The position numbers and the translations under genes were made by a program. Source: Candidatus Anstonellales archaeon (GTDB taxonomy: Archaea > Micrarchaeota > Micrarchaeia > Anstonellales > J096). Taken from it: a stretch of 64,000 nucleotides of DNA. The notes under the pieces are model-generated. The model saw only the letters and a list, made by a program, of their open reading frames with translations, was not told the origin of the DNA and ran no database searches. Shown here piece after piece: positions 59,887 to 64,000 of the stretch (the first letter of the stretch is position 1; each line of letters begins with the position of its first letter). Location of the stretch: the NCBI GenBank assembly GCA_038890745.1, contig JAWAFD010000001.1:253880-317879 (forward strand). The letters run 5' to 3'.

Positions 59887-60000
59887 GGGCACCTAACCCT
59901 ATACTAACCCCGTGCCCTTATCAACCCCTTCCGCCTTTTGGTGGAGGGTAGATGGGACGGCGGTTGGGCACCTAACCATTTACTAACCCCGTGCCCTTAT
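59887..60000 (+). repeat. 35-bp direct repeats (59887-59921, 59966-60000) flanking a 44-bp hairpin inside Leu intron 1
   Basis: GGGCACCTAACCCTATACTAACCCCGTGCCCTTAT vs GGGCACCTAACCATTTACTAACCCCGTGCCCTTAT (33/35). Confidence 0.93.
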
Positions 60001-60075
60001 GAAAATACCCTGTCCCTTAGTGGGTTCGTGGGTTCAAAAGCCCAGGGGGGCTTTAACTCTTTATCATCCCCCCCC

Positions 60076-60238
60076 TGATGCGGTGAAACAACCCAAAGGG
60101 CTTCGGTGCGACCCAACCCTCCTAAACTTTTGGGTCGCACTTGTTTCACCGCATCACTGATGCGATGAAACAACCCAAAGGGCTTCGGTGCGACCCAACC
60201 CTCCTAAACTTTTGGGTCGCACTTGTTTCGCCGCATCA
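60076..60238. mobile_element. Element B, two tandem 81-bp MITE/REP-like copies (60076-60156, 60158-60238) in Leu intron 2
   Basis: 16-bp terminal inverted repeats TGATGCGGTGAAACAA/TTGTTTCACCGCATCA and internal 11-bp stem GTGCGACCCAA/TTGGGTCGCAC; mobility is inferred. Confidence 0.7.
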
Positions 60239-60305
60239 CGCTTCCACCCCATATCTGTTTAGGATGGTTTGGAGGGTGGTTTGGCTGAAAATCCCATCCC
60301 CTGCA

Positions 60306-60562
60306 TTAGACCAGGGGGTACTTAAGCTTATTCTCAGACCCCCTGCCTCTTCCACCCCCTATCTTATCTAAGCAAAAGTTAGACCAGGGGGTACTTAAGC
60401 TTATTCTCAGACCCCCTGCCTCTTCCACCCCCTATCTTATCTAAGCAAAAATTAGACCAGGGGGTACTTAAGCTTATTCTCAGACCCCCTGCCTCTTCCA
60501 CCCCCTATCTTATCTAAGCAAAAATTAGACCAGGGGGTACTTTAACTTATTCTCAGACCCCC
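60306..60562 (+). repeat. Element A tandem array: 3 full 73-bp units plus a partial one, starting immediately after tRNA-Leu
   Basis: Units start at 60306, 60379, 60452 and 60525; each has hairpin CAGGGGGT…ACCCCCTG. Confidence 0.97.
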
Positions 60563-60643
60563 TGATGCGATGAAACAACCCAAAGGGCTTTGGTGCGACC
60601 CAACCCACCTAAACTTCTGGGTCGCACTTGTTTCGCCGCATCA
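60563..60643. mobile_element. Element B, third copy, inserted in the fourth element A unit
   Basis: Near-identical to 60158-60238; follows CAGACCCCC of element A. Confidence 0.7.
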
Positions 60644-60684
60644 CCTTACTCTACTATCCCCTATCTCCTCTAGGATAAGAAAAA

Positions 60685-61452
60685 TTATTTTTTACTCAAT
60701 CCATGCTTTTCGAAAACCTTTACAATTCTTTCATCTTTCGGTTTCCATCCAAACTCTGATGCCGCCGACAGAAGCCTTTCCACAATAAGTTTTTTTAATT
60801 CCTCATTTTTTATCTCACCAATTTTTATCAAAAGAAAATCCGGATCTAAAATGCTCAAAAATTTTGAAATCGTTTGCTTTTCTTTTTCATCTATTTTTGA
60901 TTCGCTGGTTATGAGTTTCAGCAGTCTGAATGCTGCTTCCGGATTTCCCATCCCGGTACTGAGAATATAATTCAATCCTGCAAAAACCAGGTACTTCTTG
61001 TCTTCCCATTTCTTTAGCATTATGTCCAGAAGCTCAACGGCCCCATCTGCAGATTCTACATCATTTACTGCTTTGTTGAGCGCTACAATGTTCACTATGT
61101 TTAAGTCCATTTTTTTTAGGGTGAGCTTTATCTCTTCACTCTCAAGCATTTTCCACACGATTTCTTTTTCATTTTCAGGAAGCTTTTCGTATGCGTATAT
61201 TAGGTTTAGGAAGAGTCTGACAATATCCTGTTCCGTGAGAGGGAATACGCCTTCTGTACTTGTCTTTTGTATTTCTTCAGTGAGTATCCTAATCCACAGG
61301 GTGAATTTTGATGCATTCTTCTTCATTTGGAAAATTCTGAGCAGCTTGATTTTAACATTTACATCTAGAGCGCGTACAAAATTCCTTATTGCCTTCTCGT
61401 TTATTTCTTCGCTACCATCATTACCGTTAATATTTATGAAAACCTCATCCAT
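60685..61452 (-). CDS. Hypothetical helical protein
   Basis: 255-aa ORF, no recognisable motif. Confidence 0.6.
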   Translation of the reverse strand: MDEVFININGNDGSEEINEKAIRNFVRALDVNVKIKLLRIFQMKKNASKFTLWIRILTEEIQKTSTEGVFPLTEQDIVRLFLNLIYAYEKLPENEKEIVWKMLESEEIKLTLKKMDLNIVNIVALNKAVNDVESADGAVELLDIMLKKWEDKKYLVFAGLNYILSTGMGNPEAAFRLLKLITSESKIDEKEKQTISKFLSILDPDFLLIKIGEIKNEELKKLIVERLLSAASEFGWKPKDERIVKVFEKHGLSKK

Positions 61453-61542
61453 AAATATTCTAATGTTAATAGGTGTTTAAATATGTTTCGGTTAAGAATT
61501 AAAAACCTTTTGTGTGAGAAAAAACGGGTTAAGGGTGAGTGA

Positions 61543-62190
61543 ATGGCTCTGCTCGATGATGAAACAAAAAACCAGCTTAGGAGAATGCTCTCCGGGCTGA
61601 GTGGAAAGGTGAAATTGATTTTTTTTAAACCTTCTGCTGGCTGTCCTTTTTGCAGCCAGATTGAGGAGCTTTTAGAGGAGGTTGCATCAACCAGCCCCAT
61701 TCTCTCTGCAGAGATGCATGTTCTGGAAAATGAAAAAGAGCTTGCAAAAAAATATAAAGTGGACAAAGCCCCAGCAATAATAATAGAAGGAAAAAACAAA
61801 GGGTTAGTGAGGTATTTTGGGATTCCCTCTGGATATGAGTTTTCTTCTTTCATTCAGGATATCATGGATGCCTCAACCGGAGAAATAGAACTCCCAGAGG
61901 ATATAAAACAAAGAATACGTGCAATAGACTTTCCGCTCCACATTCAGGTTTTTGTAACCCCTACCTGTCCATACTGCCCTCCCATGGTGAAGCTTGCTCA
62001 TGATTTCGCTTTCCTCAATCCGAATGTGATTGCGGACATGGTTGAGGCGATGGAGTTTAGGGAGCTTGCGATAGCATACCGGGTGCAGGGGGTTCCAAAG
62101 ACTATTGTTAACAACAAGCTTGAGCTTGAAGGTGCCTACCCTGCAGATATTTTTTTGAAAAGGGTTTTTGAGTTAAAGGGCAAGGTTTAA
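61543..62190 (+). CDS. pdo: Protein disulfide oxidoreductase (two thioredoxin folds)
   Basis: CPFC and VFVTPTCPYCP, GIPSGYEF, VQGVP. Confidence 0.93.
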   Translation: MALLDDETKNQLRRMLSGLSGKVKLIFFKPSAGCPFCSQIEELLEEVASTSPILSAEMHVLENEKELAKKYKVDKAPAIIIEGKNKGLVRYFGIPSGYEFSSFIQDIMDASTGEIELPEDIKQRIRAIDFPLHIQVFVTPTCPYCPPMVKLAHDFAFLNPNVIADMVEAMEFRELAIAYRVQGVPKTIVNNKLELEGAYPADIFLKRVFELKGKV

Positions 62191-62214
62191 GTTATTTGCT
62201 GTGCTTATTTTTTC

Positions 62215-63594
62215 ATGGCCTTGCGTTTCAAGACAACAGCAGACATACCCATCCCATCCGACCCATTTGAGCGCATAGTGGGGCAGGAGAAGGCAGTGAA
62301 GTTTGCTAAGATTGCAGCAAAGCAAAAAAGACATCTTCTTTTGGTTGGCCCGCCCGGAACTGGAAAAAGTTTGATCGCAAAGGCGATGGCATCTGTTCTT
62401 CCGAAACCAACCCAGCAGATTTCTGTTTTTCCGAATGAAAAAAATCAGAACAGACCAATTCTGAAAATTGAAACTCCTGAAGAGGTTGGAGAGAAAGAGG
62501 AAAAAGAATTGGGTAAACTTGTTCATCCATTCGAGGTTCCTTCAGAGGTCGCAGAAGAGTTAGGATACAGATGCAGAAGGTGCTTTGAGCTCAGCCCCCC
62601 TTCTGTTGAATTCTGCCCAAGCTGCGGAGCAAAAAAACAGCCTGAGGCATTGCTGGATGTTTTCGGTGGAAAATTAAAGAGAAAAAAATCCATTTCTGTT
62701 GGTGGTGTTGTGTATGATGCTTATGATGAGGGAAGGATAAGGATACTGTCAGAAGAGGAGGCAAAAAGAATACGGGAGGGAGGAATCCTCCCAAAGAAGA
62801 AGGTTCTCGTTCCGCTCAACCGCTCAACATTCGTCCAGGTGGTAGGTGCAACAGAAGCAGAGCTTTTGGGGGATGTTGAGCACGACCCATACGGAGGGCA
62901 TTCTGAAATCGGTATCCCTGCTTATCTGCGGGTTGTTCCCGGAGCGGTTCATGAAGCGCATGAGGGGGTATTGTTCATAGATGAGCTTTCCTCCCTTTCC
63001 AAATCCCTTCAAAAAAGCATCCTTACTGCCATGCAGGAAAAAAAGTTTCCGATTACCGGAAGGAGTCCTGGAAGCACGGGTGCGGTAGTTAAGGTTGAGA
63101 ATGTTCCTTGTGATTTTATCTTGGTTGGTGCGTTGAACATGACTGACCTTGAATCTGTCCTTCCTGCTTTAAGAAACAGAATAAAAGGAGATGGGTATGA
63201 GGTTTTAATGGATGTTTTTATGGAGGATAATGCGCGGAATAGAGAAAAGCTCGCACAGTTTGTTGCTCAGGAGGTATTTTTGGATGGAAGGATTCCGCAT
63301 GCGAAAAAAGATGCGGTTGATGAGATAGTACACTACGCAAAAAAGGTTGCAAAATGTATAGATGATGTAAATGGTTTGACCCTTAGGTTGAGAACACTTA
63401 CCGGAATTATTCGTCTTGCTGGTGATATTGCTGTTGAAGAAAACTCAGGATATATAGAAAGAAAACATGTGAAAAATGCGATAGAGAACGCAAAGAGCAT
63501 AGAGGAGCAGATTTCTGAAAAATACCAGACTGCATACAGAGCTGGGATTGCAGATTACGGAACAGAAGAGAAAAAACAAAGCGGGATTGTTTAG
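62215..63594 (+). CDS. LonB-like AAA+ ATPase lacking the protease domain, with Zn-finger insert
   Basis: TTADIPIP.DP..RIVGQE, GPPGTGKS, LLGDVEHDPYGG, GAVHEAHEGVLFIDE, ALRNRI; CRRC…CPSC. Confidence 0.85.
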   Translation: MALRFKTTADIPIPSDPFERIVGQEKAVKFAKIAAKQKRHLLLVGPPGTGKSLIAKAMASVLPKPTQQISVFPNEKNQNRPILKIETPEEVGEKEEKELGKLVHPFEVPSEVAEELGYRCRRCFELSPPSVEFCPSCGAKKQPEALLDVFGGKLKRKKSISVGGVVYDAYDEGRIRILSEEEAKRIREGGILPKKKVLVPLNRSTFVQVVGATEAELLGDVEHDPYGGHSEIGIPAYLRVVPGAVHEAHEGVLFIDELSSLSKSLQKSILTAMQEKKFPITGRSPGSTGAVVKVENVPCDFILVGALNMTDLESVLPALRNRIKGDGYEVLMDVFMEDNARNREKLAQFVAQEVFLDGRIPHAKKDAVDEIVHYAKKVAKCIDDVNGLTLRLRTLTGIIRLAGDIAVEENSGYIERKHVKNAIENAKSIEEQISEKYQTAYRAGIADYGTEEKKQSGIV

Positions 63595-63659
63595 GAGCGG
63601 GGTAAAAAAATTTAGAGAGATTAGAGGTTTAGTTATCCTCCTACTCTGTCCATACGTTC

Positions 63660-64000
63660 CTATTCTTTTTCCTCTCCAATCAACTCTTTTGTTTTTTCTA
63701 TAATTTCTTTTTCTATAATTTCTTTTACCCTTTCCATTCTTTCCTTATCCAAATTTTCCAAGTTTTTTTCAGCCATCTCCAAAGTATCCCTTATCAGCTC
63801 ATCCAATAACTCCCTCGCTTCTTTTCCATGCTCTTCTTCAATCCTTTTTCGGAGCTCTTCAATTTGGTTTACAACAGCCTCCCCAGCCTGCATCTCCTCA
63901 GTTCCTCCAAACATAGGCCTGAGAACCTTTTCAATGTACTCATCAAGATAATTAGGACTAAATTCAAACAAAGAGATAGCAAGCGGAACTAACTTATCCA
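63660..64000 (-). CDS. Hypothetical protein, C-terminal part (may start outside the window)
   Basis: Glu/Lys-rich helical ORF end. Confidence 0.5.
   Translation of the reverse strand, partial: DKLVPLAISLFEFSPNYLDEYIEKVLRPMFGGTEEMQAGEAVVNQIEELRKRIEEEHGKEARELLDELIRDTLEMAEKNLENLDKERMERVKEIIEKEIIEKTKELIGEEKE

Larger units (their letters stand above)
59844..60305 (+). tRNA. tRNA-Leu(TAG) with two long introns: 125 nt at 37/38 (59882-60006) and 253 nt at 59/60 (60039-60291)
   Basis: GCAGGGG/CCCCTGC-A acceptor; CAGGG-TTTAGG|…|A-CCCTG; variable arm; GTGGG-TTCAAA|…|T-CCCAT; BHB outer helices ATAAGGGCAC/GTGCCCTTAT and GCC/GGC, central TTCA/TGAA; usual position after rpoD. Confidence 0.9.

Noticed and set aside
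60075..60160. Hammerhead ribozyme in element B (CTGATG…GAAAC…GTT)
   Set aside because: The core reads CUGAUGC rather than CUGANGA, there is no room for stem II, no stem I partner is present, and the motif is sequestered in the terminal inverted repeat.
60039..60291. Intron-encoded C/D box guide RNA
   Set aside because: CTGA boxes exist but the C-box candidates are TGATGC, lacking the K-turn A, and are buried in long stems; not supported without an Infernal/snoscan test.
60306..60562. CRISPR array
   Set aside because: Units are identical along their full 73 bp with no unique spacers, and no cas genes are in the window.
60141..60788. Short ORFs 60141-60371 and 60570-60788 with similar peptides
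   Set aside because: They are translations of element B copies within or next to a tRNA gene; no independent coding evidence.

Overview
Archaeal chromosome segment, most consistent with a DPANN (Micrarchaeota-like) genome. This placement is inferred from compact gene packing, EF-1alpha/TFB/Cdc6/DnaG/Cbf5, ribosomal proteins, class III signal-peptide pilin clusters and tRNAs with non-canonical introns. Most of the window is housekeeping: ribosomal and RNAP genes, MetRS, tRNA modification, oxidative-stress genes, an ABC exporter and a Tad/T4P-like pilus locus. The most striking part is non-coding. Three of four tRNA genes carry T-arm bulge-helix-bulge (BHB) introns. tRNA-Ser(GGA) has introns of 17 and 136 nt and tRNA-Leu(TAG) has introns of 125 and 253 nt, and the long ones are built from a small family of nested structured repeats. 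A 73-bp element A sits antisense in the Ser intron, degenerate-sense in the Leu intron and as a tandem array right after tRNA-Leu. An 81-bp element B with 16-bp terminal inverted repeats is inserted at the same site of element A in two places. The conserved S13-S4-S11-RpoD-tRNA(Leu)-L18e operon is broken exactly at this array. Also notable are a three-gene operon with a peptidoglycan-binding-like domain and a very large beta-barrel-like protein, an ATPase-wHTH gene bracketed by identical 34-bp palindromic repeats, a pore-less voltage-sensor-like protein and a tiny CGP-CTERM-anchored peptide. All calls are by eye; no searches were run.
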